Shown: positions 20,745 to 32,984, counted from the first letter of the stretch. The stretch: DNA of 36,319 bases from Octopus bimaculoides (GCF_001194135.2 NC_068984.1:69484790-69521108); one strand, 5' to 3'. Notes: generated by a model not told the origin, from the sequence alone. A program made the numbers and translations.

Positions 20745-21200
20745 TATCAAAAGAATGAACTGTGGAGTAAACCTTCATGGCATGCTATTTGAACAGCTGG
20801 CTGCAAATTCTTCATCATTTGACCTAGGACCATCCCTTCATGTGCTCATTCAACAAGCTTAGCAGCCAACACTTTCTCAGTTAATGGTTTACTATCTTAA
20901 AAATGGGAAGAACACATTAGAGGATATCTCAAATATGAGATGAAATTATCAGGTCTGAAATACTTTTGATCATAGGATTGCTCAATCAAGATTGACTTGG
21001 GGCTAAGCAGTAACAGCAACAGTGACACTTGACTCCATGTTTCATTGAGTATGGTCAGTATTTCCGGAAGAAGATACAATAAAAATGAATGCATTTTTGT
21101 AAACATTTAGTATACAAACCACATGAACATTAATGACTTGCACTAAATGTAAACTGGATTTCTGCAAAATGCATTTATATTTTGTTTGCAAACATGAAAG
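20745..21200 (+). mobile_element. Possible decayed piggyBac transposase C-terminus
   Basis: MNCGVNLHGM (cf. xKxGVDxxDQM), PSLHVL...LAAN (cf. WPxHVFxxxxxxAxxN) and terminal Cys-rich MTCTKCKLDFCKMHLYFVCK; heavily frameshifted. Confidence 0.4.
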
Positions 21201-22086
21201 TCTGCAAAGATTAAGAAGACTATAAGATTGGATTGTTTTAATTTAATTTATTTTCAGTTTCTCTAAAAATATCTTACATTATAGAGGGAGTGTGTTAATT
21301 AATGACACTTCTTCGTATCAGAAAAGTGAACATCTCTAAAACTGAATGACTGTTCTATAATCACACTGCTGAAGATAAAAGTCACTTGTTAACCATAAAA
21401 GAAAGAAATGGCAGCATATCACAACATTGCTTAAGGTAATAGTATTATATTGAAGATACTGCTGGCATTAAGTAAAAGTAGAACATTTTATAAAGTAGAT
21501 AATACTTAATATAGCAGACATCTCCAATTATGCTATCATGAATGGATAGTTTTGTGTCACTGAATATTTAAAGTATAATTCGGGGATAAACAAATGCCAG
21601 TCATTTTATGCAAAGGCCAACAAAAAAGGAAGAGAAAAGAAAAGAAAAAAGCAGCAGAAAAGAAAGACTAAAGTGAAGCTTATATTACTACTTGTAAATC
21701 ACTGTCAACTTTTCACCTTTTGCCAAGCAGTTCTTCAATAGATTCTCATGGTGGTCAAATAGACTTATTGAATTAATTGCTGGAAAGAAAACTAGAGAAT
21801 TATTTATTTGGTAATTTCAACCCCCCACATTTCAGTGGCAAGATAATGTAAAGTTATATTGCAAAGATCCACCTGTATTCTCTCTGCCAACCACTACAAA
21901 CTAAATACAATTTAATCATATCTTAAGCAATATTGAGTCAATGAAACTGCATCTAGGTTTGTAGTTTATAACCAGGGTGTTGAAACACCTTAGAATAGCA
22001 GTTTCTTACCTTGAGGGTTGAAAATCTCTAAAGTTCTACAAAGGGGGATTTGTGTGCAGAATTCAACATTTTACCCAGCAAACGAA

Positions 22087-22275
22087 GCACTCAGTTCATA
22101 TAGTAAAGTGCTTGGCATTTAGAAGAGCATCCAGTCATAGAAACCATACCAAAGCAGATACTATAGCCTAATGCAGTCTTTAGAACTATTAGATTCTGTC
22201 AAACTCTCCAACCTATGTGAGCATGGAAATATGGATGTTAAATGATGATAATGATAATGATGATGATAATGATGA
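22087..22275 (+). mobile_element. RTE-type 3' tail fragment with (GAT)n
   Basis: GCATCCAG..TAGAAACC...CCAACCTATGTGAGCATGGAAA..GGATGTTAAATGATGAT. Confidence 0.7.
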
Positions 22276-22399
22276 TTTGTAAAATGTATAAATTATTTGG
22301 CTCACTAGGTTCTACATTTGATCCTACTACATGGCATCTTAGATAAACATATTTACTATAAATTTAAGTCATCCATGATTTGTGAGTAAACTGGATAAT

Positions 22400-22580
22400 G
22401 AGACTCTATAAAATGGAATGTAATTCAAAGGTCCAACTTTTACACATTTATGTCACACTGATTCAACCTGAGAATTGCATTAAGGACCAACCACTTTGCA
22501 TGTTAATTCAATGAGTAGGTTGTCCAGTTAATCGTATAGCTGGATGTTCATACATTGAAATTGACATGAGAGTCCATCAT
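22400..22580 (+). mobile_element. Decayed 3' part of SINE family D
   Basis: GCATTAAGG...CCACTTTGCATGTTAATT.AATGAGTAGG.TG matches the reverse complement of 28090-28220. Confidence 0.5.
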
Positions 22581-23129
22581 ATATTATTCAGTTATATATA
22601 TGCATATATATGAATATATATATATGTATTTCAGTTGAGAGATGAAACTGAGAAAACGAGTTTGTTGTTAGTTAATAAAATTGGCTTATTAAGTAGACTT
22701 ACCTTTCAAATGCCTAGGCCCTATGGGAAAATTCATCTAAATACAATGGTCTTTGATGATGGAAAGGTTGGAAATTTACTTATACAGTATTGAAATAGTT
22801 TCAAGAGTATTGTAAGATGTCAAATTGAAATAATGCAATTGGCAAAAATGCCAAGAAGGATATTATATGTATTAAGCATTAAGAGATAGGGTGATAAAGT
22901 AACAGGAACGTTGTAAAGCTATGTTTTATGCTATCATTCAACTTGTTAGATACCCAGCTAAACCTTCCTCATATCAAACCCTGCCATCTAAAATAAGGGA
23001 TGATGTAGTTATAGCTATACAGGAACGACAAACAAAAATCAATGATGAGATGGTAGAAGCTGGAAAATTTTTGGTCTTAAGTCTGCTTGATCAGGGTTAC
23101 CTGGGCTTAACTAACTAACTATGTGACAT

Positions 23130-23481
23130 CAGAACCAGTGCAACGTTAAAAGTACTGGTACCAGTGCAACATAAAAAGCACCAGTAGCACCAGCACAGTT
23201 GCTGGTGCCACATTAGAAGCACTGGTGCTGGTGCCACATTAGAAGCACTGGTGCTGGTGCCATATTAGAAGCACTGGTGCTGGTGCTAGGTAAAAAGCAT
23301 CCAGTAGACTCTGTAAAGAGGTTGGCATGAGAGATGGCATCCAACTGTAGAAACCAATGCAAAAACAAACTATGTTATCTGGTGTGGTCCCCGGATTTGC
23401 TGTCTCTAGTCAAGCCATCCAACTTAAACCAGCATTGAAAACAGACATTAAATGGTGATAATGACGACGATGACGATGATA
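23130..23481 (+). mobile_element. RTE-type 3' UTR/tail fragment containing an expanded internal minisatellite
   Basis: GCATCCAACTGTAGAAACC...CCATCCAAC...GCATTGAAAACAGACATTAAATG(GAT/GAC)n. Confidence 0.7.
23201..23286 (+). repeat. 26-bp minisatellite, about 3.3 copies (GCTGGTGCCAYATTAGAAGCACTGGT)
   Basis: Units at 23201, 23227 and 23253, partial unit at 23279. Confidence 0.95.
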
Positions 23482-23699
23482 CATCTTTTCAGCAAACAAT
23501 ACATGTCACACTTTCCCAAACTTTCTGTGTGTACTTTAAATATCAAGACCACATTTTTCACAACAGTTCATAAATTAACAATGAGATTTTCAAAATAGTA
23601 ATCTTTCAAGTTCTAACAAATTATCTCTCTCTATTTTTTTCTATTCTCTTGTTTACACTCATACATCTCCATTTACCTGTGCGTATGTATGTTATATAC

Positions 23700-23939
23700 T
23701 TTTATTTTTATCTTTTATTTTTTGTTTCAATCGTTAAACTGTGGACATACTGGGGCACCACCTTGAAGAATTTTTTAGTTGAACAAATCGATCTTAATAC
23801 TTATTTTTATTTTTAAAGCCTGGTACATATTCTATCAATCTCTTTTGCAGAACTGCTATGCACAGAAATGTAAACACACCGATACCAGTTGTCAAGCAGT
23901 GGTGTGGGGCAAACACAGACACAGACACATACACAGACA

Positions 23940-24030
<91 letters not shown>
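23700..24030 (-). mobile_element. 3' half of SINE family A ending in a long (CA)n tract (about 23940-24030)
   Basis: TTTGTTTCAATC...CTGGGGCACCACC...TATTCTATC..TCTTTTGC.GAACTGCTA...GTAAACACACC...GTTGTCAAGC is colinear with 10570-10770. Confidence 0.75.
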
Positions 24031-24034
<4 letters not shown>

Positions 24035-24428
24035 CAGGTAAGATTTTAAACAGTTTTTCTGGACGTAGGCAATATGCCCAGTAGTTTGGACCCATTTCAG
24101 CTAATTGTCTCAATTAGTATTGCATGTGTGTTAGATGGTAACTTAAGATATATATGTATATTCACATATATATCTATATATATAGCAATAATAAATCTCT
24201 GAGTGAGATGTAAACAGTAGCAGCATGACATCGTGAAGTATATTTGTCACCTAAATGTGGTTGACCCATATGGGACAATGCCACTGTAGTTTATAGCCCC
24301 AAGAAGACATCTCCTCCAGCTGGCTAATGACACACTGTCTGCACCTGATCAGTATTTGCGAAAGGAAATCATCGTTCCCATTTCTAGCCTTACGAGATAC
24401 ACATGGACCTGGGTTTCTGAATAGTAAT

Positions 24429-24910
24429 CATCACCATCATTTTACGTCTATTGTCCATGCTGGCATGGGTTGAACAGTTTGACTGGGCTGGCATGCTGGA
24501 AGGCTACACCAGACTCCAATCTGATTTGGTATGATTTTCTACTGCTGGATGCCCTTCTGAAAGCCAACCTCCCCAAGAGTTTAATGGGTGCTTTTACCTG
24601 CCATCAGCACAGGTGCATTTGCATGACACCAACATCAGCCATGATTAGATATCACTTGACTTCATGGATCTTCTCAAGCACAGCATGTTGCCAAACGTCT
24701 CAATCATTAGTTATTGCTTCTGTGAGGCTCAAAGTTCAAAGATCATGCTTCACCACTTTGTCCCATGTCTTCCTGGGTCTACCTCTACCACAGGTTCCCT
24801 CCACAGTTAGAGATCAGCACTTCTTTACACAGCTGTTCTTGTCCATACGCATCACATGACCATGCTAGTGCAATCGTCTTTCTTGCATACCACATCTGAT
24901 GCTTCTTATA
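24429..24910 (-). mobile_element. 5'-truncated RTE-clade LINE
   Basis: Minus translation RCGMQERRLH*HGHVMRMDKNSCVKKC*SLTVEGTCGRGRPRKTWDKVVKHDL, then the shared 3' tail. Confidence 0.9.
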
Positions 24911-25621
24911 CATAACTTTTCTGCCTCTCACACTTACCTTACAATATTATTCTAAAAATAAACATTCATGTCATTGAAATCTCAGGGTATATGTGGGTAT
25001 GTGTGTGTTTACATATTTCAAGTTGATCAGCATTTTAAGTTTCTCCTATCACTTTGTCAAACAGTACGAAAAACTTTCCAATCTGGTGATTAGTATTAGA
25101 AGCTTAGAAATGTCTCATAAAATGTGTTGTGGCGTGAGTCTTTGAAACCCCTGGGGGATTAGAATAGACTAGCCAATCTCTTATAAAGAGTAGTGGTCGG
25201 TAGTAGTCACAGAGAGTGCTTTGGTAATCTCAGGAAGTATGGCGTATGAACACATTGATTAAACCTCCACTGCATAATCTATGTATACCAACCTGTGGCA
25301 GGATCTAAAAGTGGTGACAGCTGGTAGAGGTTGTGTGCTTGGCTTCCAAAGTACCATCAGTAAAATACCTATCATGTCCCATGAAAAGGCAGCAAGTCAG
25401 CAGAAGTCATTAAAGGGTTTTGTTAGAGACTGGTAAGAGTCGGTGTGTTAGTTCCATGTTGAACTCACACCAAATATGTAAGTTATAGTTTTCTACTTTT
25501 CATTATCTACTATTTGTATTGATTCTTTAAACTATTTTCCTTTATTATCCTTTATAATTATAATATATTTCCATCTTTTCCTCAAATCACATTTAGCTAC
25601 ATTGGTCATTGTTTACTTATC

Positions 25622-25957
25622 TTCATCATCATCATCATCATCATCGTTTAACGTCCGCTTTCCATGCTGGCATGGGTTGGACAATTTGATGAGAACTGGC
25701 AAGCCAGATGGCTACACCAGGCTCCAATCCGATCTGGCAGAGTTTCTACAGCTGGATGCCCTTCCTAACACCAACCACTCTGAGAGTGTAGTGGGCACTT
25801 TTACGTGCCACCGGCACAAGGGCCAGTCAGGCAGTACTGGCAATAGCCATGCTCAAATGGTGTTTTTTACATGCCACCTGCACAGGAGCCAGTCCAGCGG
25901 CACTGGCAACAACCTCGCTTGAATATTGCTTTTCACGTACCACCGGCACAAGTGCCA
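25622..25957 (-). mobile_element. RTE-type 3' UTR and (GAT)n tail
   Basis: Reverse complement of the 1-228 tail; internal subrepeat TTTTACGTGCCACCGGCAC-like three times. Confidence 0.85.
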
Positions 25958-26179
25958 CAAAAGTTTGGTGATACACATTTGTGTGTGTGCGTGCACACGT
26001 GTGTGTATATGTATACATGTATGTGTGTGTGTGGATGGATACACACACACACACATACATTTTATCTTTTATCTTTTACATGTTTCAATCATTTGACTGC
26101 AGCCATGCCTATATACACACACATATATATATATACACGTATATGTATATGGATAGATACATATAGAGAGTGACAGATT

Positions 26180-26378
26180 GCACTAGCGTTAGTGCCACAT
26201 TAAAAAAAAGAACCAGTACACTCTGTAATGTGGTTGGCATTAGGAAGGGTATCCAGCAGTAGAAAGCATGCCAGAACAGAAAATGGAACCTGTTGCTCTT
26301 CAGCTTGCCTAACTCCACTGAATCCATTCAAGTCATGCGAGCAGGGATGACAGACATTAACTGATGATAATGAAGATA

Positions 26379-26413
<35 letters not shown>
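26180..26413 (+). mobile_element. RTE-type 3' tail fragment with long (GAT)n
   Basis: GTGGTTGGCATTAGGAAGGGTATCCAGCAGTAGAAA...ACAGACATTAACT(GAT)n. Confidence 0.75.
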
Positions 26414-26414
<1 letters not shown>

Positions 26415-27214
26415 CACATCACAACTGTTTTATAAAAAACAAACATGACATATGCAAGCAGATAACTAACCAAAGGACACTGTGTCCACTATTAATGAAA
26501 GAAGCAATTGTGAATTGAATATAGACCATTTATTTCATCAAGAAAGAAGTGATATGTTAGCATAATTTGGGTATGTAGGGTACAACAATTATCATAGCAC
26601 AAAACCTGTATTGTATAATAAATGATTTTTATATTTAATTGTTTTTATATATTTTTTCTAACATGTGTAATTTTAGGTTGTCATAGTCATTATTAGCCAC
26701 TCAATGAAATTTACTATAAATATAACTCTTGCTCTTTTTAATTAAATTACACTATAAGTTAGTTTGATATATATTTTCTTAAAATTTATATAATTTGTTT
26801 TAGACACTTCCTTTATGGAGTCTTCTTTTGGCTTTTAGTAATTCAAGAGTTCTTATATGCAAACAAGTTCATATAAATCTTCTAGTATTTCTTTAGACAA
26901 TATGTATTCTAGTTTCTTAATATAACTATAATCTTATAAAAATATAATCTTGTATAAATATAATCTTATAGTAGGTTTATATTCCTAATGACATATATAC
27001 ACATAACTATTTATTTTTTTAGAAATTTGCATTGACACATGTAATCTTATATAGAAATTTAAACTTTTCACACATAAATTCACTGTAACTCAGAATAAAT
27101 TGCCTAAGCCAGTACATTTTATTAGCTGCCTGAATTACACTAAGGTATTATTTCTTTCTTGAATTAATACTATTTGTTAACAGTTATAATTTATCAATAA
27201 TATTAATTCTTTTT

Positions 27215-27405
27215 AAGGTGGTGAGCTTGTACAATGATTAGCATGTCAGGTAAAATATTTAGCAGTATTTTGTCCATCATTGCATTCTAAGTTCAAATTC
27301 TACTGCAGTTGATTTGCCTTTCAGCATTTTAGGGTCAATAAAATACTTGACTTATCCCCGTCCGCGAAATTGCTGGCCTTGTGCCAAAAATTGAAATCAA
27401 CGCTA
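27215..27405 (+). mobile_element. SINE family B copy
   Basis: AAGGTGGTGAGCTTG...TTAGCATG...AGTTCAAATTC...TTTGCCTTTCAGCATTTTAGGGTCAATAAAATA...GGCCTTGTGCCAAAA. Confidence 0.75.
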
Positions 27406-27809
27406 TTTATTTCTTTTTTTTTTCTCTTTTCTCTTTCCAATCTTTTCTTTCATCTACAAGTCTGCTGACATTTATAGCTATATTGTTTTGTTTTTTAACT
27501 TTAAAACCATTTTTATTTCACAACCTTAAATAAGATAAAAATTCCCATTGCTTGAGGTTTTATAACAAGTGGAAAACGCACACCACCTACGCACCATTAT
27601 CTTTTGATGTGGCATTCTCTTGTTTTTTCTGTATATAAATACCAAAAAGTGAAACCTTTCACTAATTACTACAAGCCAAGTCAAACTGAACTTTTCTATA
27701 AACTTGATTCTTCTCTTCTTACTGAGTAACCCTTTCAGTAAATGGTCTGATGATATTCCTAAACCAACTTAAAAATATTTCTAACTGTATATCTATTTGC
27801 ATGTATATG

Positions 27810-28040
27810 TGGAGATACATGGCTCTGTGATAAAGGGTGTTGCATTCATGATCATAAGATTGTGGTTTTGATTCCTAGACTAGGTGATGTAGTGTGTTCT
27901 TGGGCAAAACACACACATCACATTGCTCCAGTACACTCAGTTGGCAAAACTGAGTAATTCTGTGAAGGAATCATGTCCCATCCAGTAGGGAATATATGCT
28001 CTATAGAACCCATAAAGCTAGCCTTGTGATTCTATGGTAT
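27810..28040 (+). mobile_element. Decayed tRNA-derived SINE (family C-like)
   Basis: GGAGATACATGGCTCTGTG...GGTTTTGATTCC...GTGTTCTTGGGCAAAACAC...GCTCCAGTACACTCAG. Confidence 0.6.
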
Positions 28041-28077
28041 TGGAAACACCTTTGAGCCTTTTGATACATATGTACAT

Positions 28078-28469
28078 CGTTGTTGCTACGACACTCTGTT
28101 GGTTATGACGACAAGGGTTCCAGTTGATCTGATCAACGGAACAGCCTGCTCGTGAAATTAATGTGCGAGTGGCTGAGCACTCCACAGACACGTGTACCCT
28201 TAATGTGGTTCTTGGGGAAATTCCACATGTCACAGAGTGTGACAAGGCTGACCCTTTGAATTAAAGGCACAACAGAAACAGGAAGTAAGAGTGAGAGAAA
28301 GTTGTGGTGGAAGAGTACAGCAGGGTTCACCACTGTCCCCTGCCAGAGCCTCATGGAGCTTTACATGTTTTTGCTCAATAAACACTCACAATGCCTAGTC
28401 TGAGAATCGAAACTGCGATCCTATGACCACGAGTCCACTGTCCTAACCACTGGGCCATTGCACCTCCAC
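28078..28469 (-). mobile_element. Full-length tRNA-derived SINE (family D) with a 12-bp TSD
   Basis: Minus strand GTGGAGGTGCAATGGCCCAGTGGTTAGG (A box) and GTTTCGATTC (B box); flanks ACATATGTACAT (28066-28077) / ACATATGTTCAT (28470-28481). Confidence 0.85.
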
Positions 28470-28502
28470 ACATATGTTCATGCATAAATACATACATACA
28501 TC

Positions 28503-28616
28503 TTGAGAGAAAAGTTGAACCTAAGAAGCATCAGTTGTGGTGTGCAAGAGAGACGATTGCGCTGGTATGGTCATGTGGCAAGAATGGATGAGGATAGCTG
28601 TGTGAAAAAGTGCCAC
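28503..28616 (+). mobile_element. Small RTE RT C-terminal fragment
   Basis: LREKLNLRSISCGVQERRLRWYGHVARMDEDSCVKKCH. Confidence 0.85.
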
Positions 28617-28735
28617 ATGTATATAAAGTGTAAGTATTTATATACATAAATACTTACACTTATAGATATAAATATATCTACATGTATACATACATATGCA
28701 CATACGTACACTTATACATAAACTAACACACACAC

Positions 28736-28773
<38 letters not shown>

Positions 28774-28912
28774 TTATTTTGAAAAAATGAAACATTTTGG
28801 ATAACCCTTTTTTAGCACTTTCATTGATTTATGAACTTGTAAGGACAAAATCAGAATCAAAATCAAATTTGATTTTTATGCTGTCTTGACAATATCTATA
28901 CATTACTTCAAA

Positions 28913-29002
<90 letters not shown>
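28913..29002. repeat. Compound (CT)n-(AT)n microsatellite
   Basis: Direct reading. Confidence 0.97.
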
Positions 29003-29816
29003 NNNNNNNNNNNNNNNNNNNNNNNNNNNNNNNNNNNNNNNNNNNNNNNNNNNNNNNNNNNNNNNNNNNNNNNNNNNNNNNNNNNNNNNNNNNNNNNNNN
29101 NNNNNNNNNNNNNNNNNNNNNNNNNNNNNNNNNNNNNNNNNNNNNNNNNNNNNNNNNNNNNNNNNNNNNNNNNNNNNNNNNNNNNNNNNNNNNNNNNNNN
29201 NNNNNNNNNNNNNNNNNNNNNNNNNNNNNNNNNNNNNNNNNNNNNNNNNNNNNNNNNNNNNNNNNNNNNNNNNNNNNNNNNNNNNNNNNNNNNNNNNNNN
29301 NNNNNNNNNNNNNNNNNNNNNNNNNNNNNNNNNNNNNNNNNNNNNNNNNNNNNNNNNNNNNNNNNNNNNNNNNNNNNNNNNNNNNNNNNNNNNNNNNNNN
29401 NNNNNNNNNNNNNNNNNNNNNNNNNNNNNNNNNNNNNNNNNNNNNNNNNNNNNNNNNNNNNNNNNNNNNNNNNNNNNNNNNNNNNNNNNNNNNNNNNNNN
29501 NNNNNNNNNNNNNNNNNNNNNNNNNNNNNNNNNNNNNNNNNNNNNNNNNNNNNNNNNNNNNNNNNNNNNNNNNNNNNNNNNNNNNNNNNNNNNNNNNNNN
29601 NNNNNNNNNNNNNNNNNNNNNNNNNNNNNNNNNNNNNNNNNNNNNNNNNNNNNNNNNNNNNNNNNNNNNNNNNNNNNNNNNNNNNNNNNNNNNNNNNNNN
29701 NNNNNNNNNNNNNNNNNNNNNNNNNNNNNNNNNNNNNNNNNNNNNNNNNNNNNNNNNNNNNNNNNNNNNNNNNNNNNNNNNNNNNNNNNNNNNNNNNNNN
29801 NNNNNNNNNNNNNNNN
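29003..29816. other. Assembly gap
   Basis: N run flanked by (AT)n. Confidence 1.
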
Positions 29817-29857
<41 letters not shown>

Positions 29858-29879
29858 TATAGATATATATGTATGTGTG

Positions 29880-30010
29880 GTTGGCTGCCTCCTAGTTTCC
29901 CCCTAACAAATTCCACACATGAGGTAAAACTACAGTAGAAGACACTGGCCCAAGTTGCCTTACAGTTGATTATCAAACCCAGAACCATGTGTTTGCAAAG
30001 CAAACGTCTA
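29880..30010 (-). mobile_element. 5' head fragment of SINE family A
   Basis: CAAATTCCACACA...CAGTAGAAGACACTGGCCCAAG.TGCC...AACCCAGAACCATGTG matches 10830-10935. Confidence 0.6.
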
Positions 30011-30501
30011 ATAGTCTAGTAGCTTAACCTCATAGCCATTATACAATATTTTACCATTTATGCAGAATATTGCAATGCTGCTTCAGCTTATTCTTTTGTT
30101 TTTCCTTGTTATGTATTCTGTTTTACACTATCTTTGGCATGATTGATATGGAAATCCATCCTTGATCAGGAGATCTTGAATCAAATATTTTGCAGTCAGG
30201 ATATATATCATGCTTATGCCAACTGCTCTGTAACTGCCCTATCATTTAAAGATAGTTATCAAGGAAAGATTCAGTGAGCTAAGCTTTCTGGTTGTTATTA
30301 TTATTATCATTATTATTATTATTGAGAATAGTTTTATTTTTTTTGAACAGTTAGGAATTTTGAGAGATAGAATTTGGCTACATAGTAATCAAGGAGAGAA
30401 ACATGAGAATGTCTTTAAAAAGCATAAAAAGTAATAAAGAAAACCAAATGACATTGTTTTTTTGTTTTTTTGTTTTTACTTTGAACTTGCATACATACAT
30501 G

Positions 30502-30974
30502 NNNNNNNNNNNNNNNNNNNNNNNNNNNNNNNNNNNNNNNNNNNNNNNNNNNNNNNNNNNNNNNNNNNNNNNNNNNNNNNNNNNNNNNNNNNNNNNNNNN
30601 NNNNNNNNNNNNNNNNNNNNNNNNNNNNNNNNNNNNNNNNNNNNNNNNNNNNNNNNNNNNNNNNNNNNNNNNNNNNNNNNNNNNNNNNNNNNNNNNNNNN
30701 NNNNNNNNNNNNNNNNNNNNNNNNNNNNNNNNNNNNNNNNNNNNNNNNNNNNNNNNNNNNNNNNNNNNNNNNNNNNNNNNNNNNNNNNNNNNNNNNNNNN
30801 NNNNNNNNNNNNNNNNNNNNNNNNNNNNNNNNNNNNNNNNNNNNNNNNNNNNNNNNNNNNNNNNNNNNNNNNNNNNNNNNNNNNNNNNNNNNNNNNNNNN
30901 NNNNNNNNNNNNNNNNNNNNNNNNNNNNNNNNNNNNNNNNNNNNNNNNNNNNNNNNNNNNNNNNNNNNNNNNNN
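30502..30974. other. Assembly gap
   Basis: N run. Confidence 1.
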
Positions 30975-31439
30975 TATATATATATATATATATATGCACA
31001 CAAACACAAGCACAGCATGCAAAGACATATAGACATACACTCACTCATATACACACAGACTCACATATAAAGTGAATCCTCAATTTAATGGAGTAGTAAG
31101 AGAGGAGGTTGTATCTGCAAAATCAAAAGCAAGTTAGAAGACAGTTTTTTATTGTTTTTAATGTAAAAAGACTTTAATACAATATATTCTGCTGCACAAT
31201 ATAAAATTATTATTTTTAGGAAAGAATATATAAATTTTCCCCTTCCTTTTTGGCAGTGCTATTAAAGAGAATTCTATTCATGAGTATAATGGTATTTCTT
31301 CAGTCTTTATTTAGTTTCTAAATGATGGAGTTGAAGTAGGGCTTCAGGTTCAGACACTTCTGAAATGTGCAGAAATGGAGGCATTTAGCTTAAAGAAAAT
31401 GTCTAGCGTGTATGTCATCCTGCTTTCTTTTTCTTAATT

Positions 31440-31915
31440 ATAATCATTCTGAGCTATCAAAAATCTTAATAGAGAAACTAAGGATCCAGATATGTCACTA
31501 TATAGTGAAGGGTGATGTCTATGAAAATCCTCAATTTAGACACTTTTGGTTGTGCTTGCATAACTCCTTTTTCCTTGGTTGTTTCTTTTGCTTTGCTCTA
31601 CAAAACTTTATCAAAAATTTCTTCATGAGTGAGCAATTGATAACTAGAATCATTTTCATTATTTTCAAGTCAATTTTTCTGCTGTTTCCAAGTTGCCAAC
31701 ATTCACAAAAGTGTGCTGAAATTAGTTTGTTCAAAATGCTTCAAATACCAAATCAGCTTCAACTTCTTTCCACCATTTGCCAAAGTCATAGCCTTTATCT
31801 GCTTCCCAGCAACTGCAAAGTTATATAAACTGCTGGCTTCATGTTGCAGTCTCATAGATTTTGAAGTATCCTGGATCCCTTCTATCTTCTGTTTCTTCTT
31901 CCTCCCGCAGCACAT
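31440..31915 (-). mobile_element. Decayed pogo/Tigger-like (TIGD/Jerky-type) transposase C-terminal region
   Basis: Minus translation across frames: NMKPAV-YNFAVAGKQIKAMTLANGGKKL...EADLVFEAF...ENNENDSSYQLLTHEEIFDKVL...GVMQAQPKVSKLRIFIDITLHY. Resembles the Tigger AxYNxAxAWxxIxxxTLxNxWKKL and GYQxLTxEEI segments. Confidence 0.6.
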
Positions 31916-32089
31916 TTCTCATCATCACCATCACGACGACGACGACGACGACCACCACCACCACCATGCAATTTAGAGGACATTGTTTGGAAGCTAAGTA
32001 GGAACTCATTAATGATGCTTGACTGTCGACACCCAAAAAGGTATGTATATATATATATATATACATATACATACATATATATATATATA

Positions 32090-32984
32090 NNNNNNNNNNN
32101 NNNNNNNNNNNNNNNNNNNNNNNNNNNNNNNNNNNNNNNNNNNNNNNNNNNNNNNNNNNNNNNNNNNNNNNNNNNNNNNNNNNNNNNNNNNNNNNNNNNN
32201 NNNNNNNNNNNNNNNNNNNNNNNNNNNNNNNNNNNNNNNNNNNNNNNNNNNNNNNNNNNNNNNNNNNNNNNNNNNNNNNNNNNNNNNNNNNNNNNNNNNN
32301 NNNNNNNNNNNNNNNNNNNNNNNNNNNNNNNNNNNNNNNNNNNNNNNNNNNNNNNNNNNNNNNNNNNNNNNNNNNNNNNNNNNNNNNNNNNNNNNNNNNN
32401 NNNNNNNNNNNNNNNNNNNNNNNNNNNNNNNNNNNNNNNNNNNNNNNNNNNNNNNNNNNNNNNNNNNNNNNNNNNNNNNNNNNNNNNNNNNNNNNNNNNN
32501 NNNNNNNNNNNNNNNNNNNNNNNNNNNNNNNNNNNNNNNNNNNNNNNNNNNNNNNNNNNNNNNNNNNNNNNNNNNNNNNNNNNNNNNNNNNNNNNNNNNN
32601 NNNNNNNNNNNNNNNNNNNNNNNNNNNNNNNNNNNNNNNNNNNNNNNNNNNNNNNNNNNNNNNNNNNNNNNNNNNNNNNNNNNNNNNNNNNNNNNNNNNN
32701 NNNNNNNNNNNNNNNNNNNNNNNNNNNNNNNNNNNNNNNNNNNNNNNNNNNNNNNNNNNNNNNNNNNNNNNNNNNNNNNNNNNNNNNNNNNNNNNNNNNN
32801 NNNNNNNNNNNNNNNNNNNNNNNNNNNNNNNNNNNNNNNNNNNNNNNNNNNNNNNNNNNNNNNNNNNNNNNNNNNNNNNNNNNNNNNNNNNNNNNNNNNN
32901 NNNNNNNNNNNNNNNNNNNNNNNNNNNNNNNNNNNNNNNNNNNNNNNNNNNNNNNNNNNNNNNNNNNNNNNNNNNNNNNNNNNN
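32090..32984. other. Assembly gap
   Basis: N run flanked by (TA)n. Confidence 1.

Noticed and set aside
21300-21440. Plus-strand candidate exon ending AAG/GTAATA (FYNHTAEDKSHLLTIKERNGSISQHCL)
   Set aside because: An in-frame stop lies just upstream, there is no suitable acceptor, and the peptide is unrecognisable.
25115-25480. More GC-balanced segment starting TG and ending CA, a possible solo LTR
   Set aside because: No TSD, PBS/PPT or second copy is visible.
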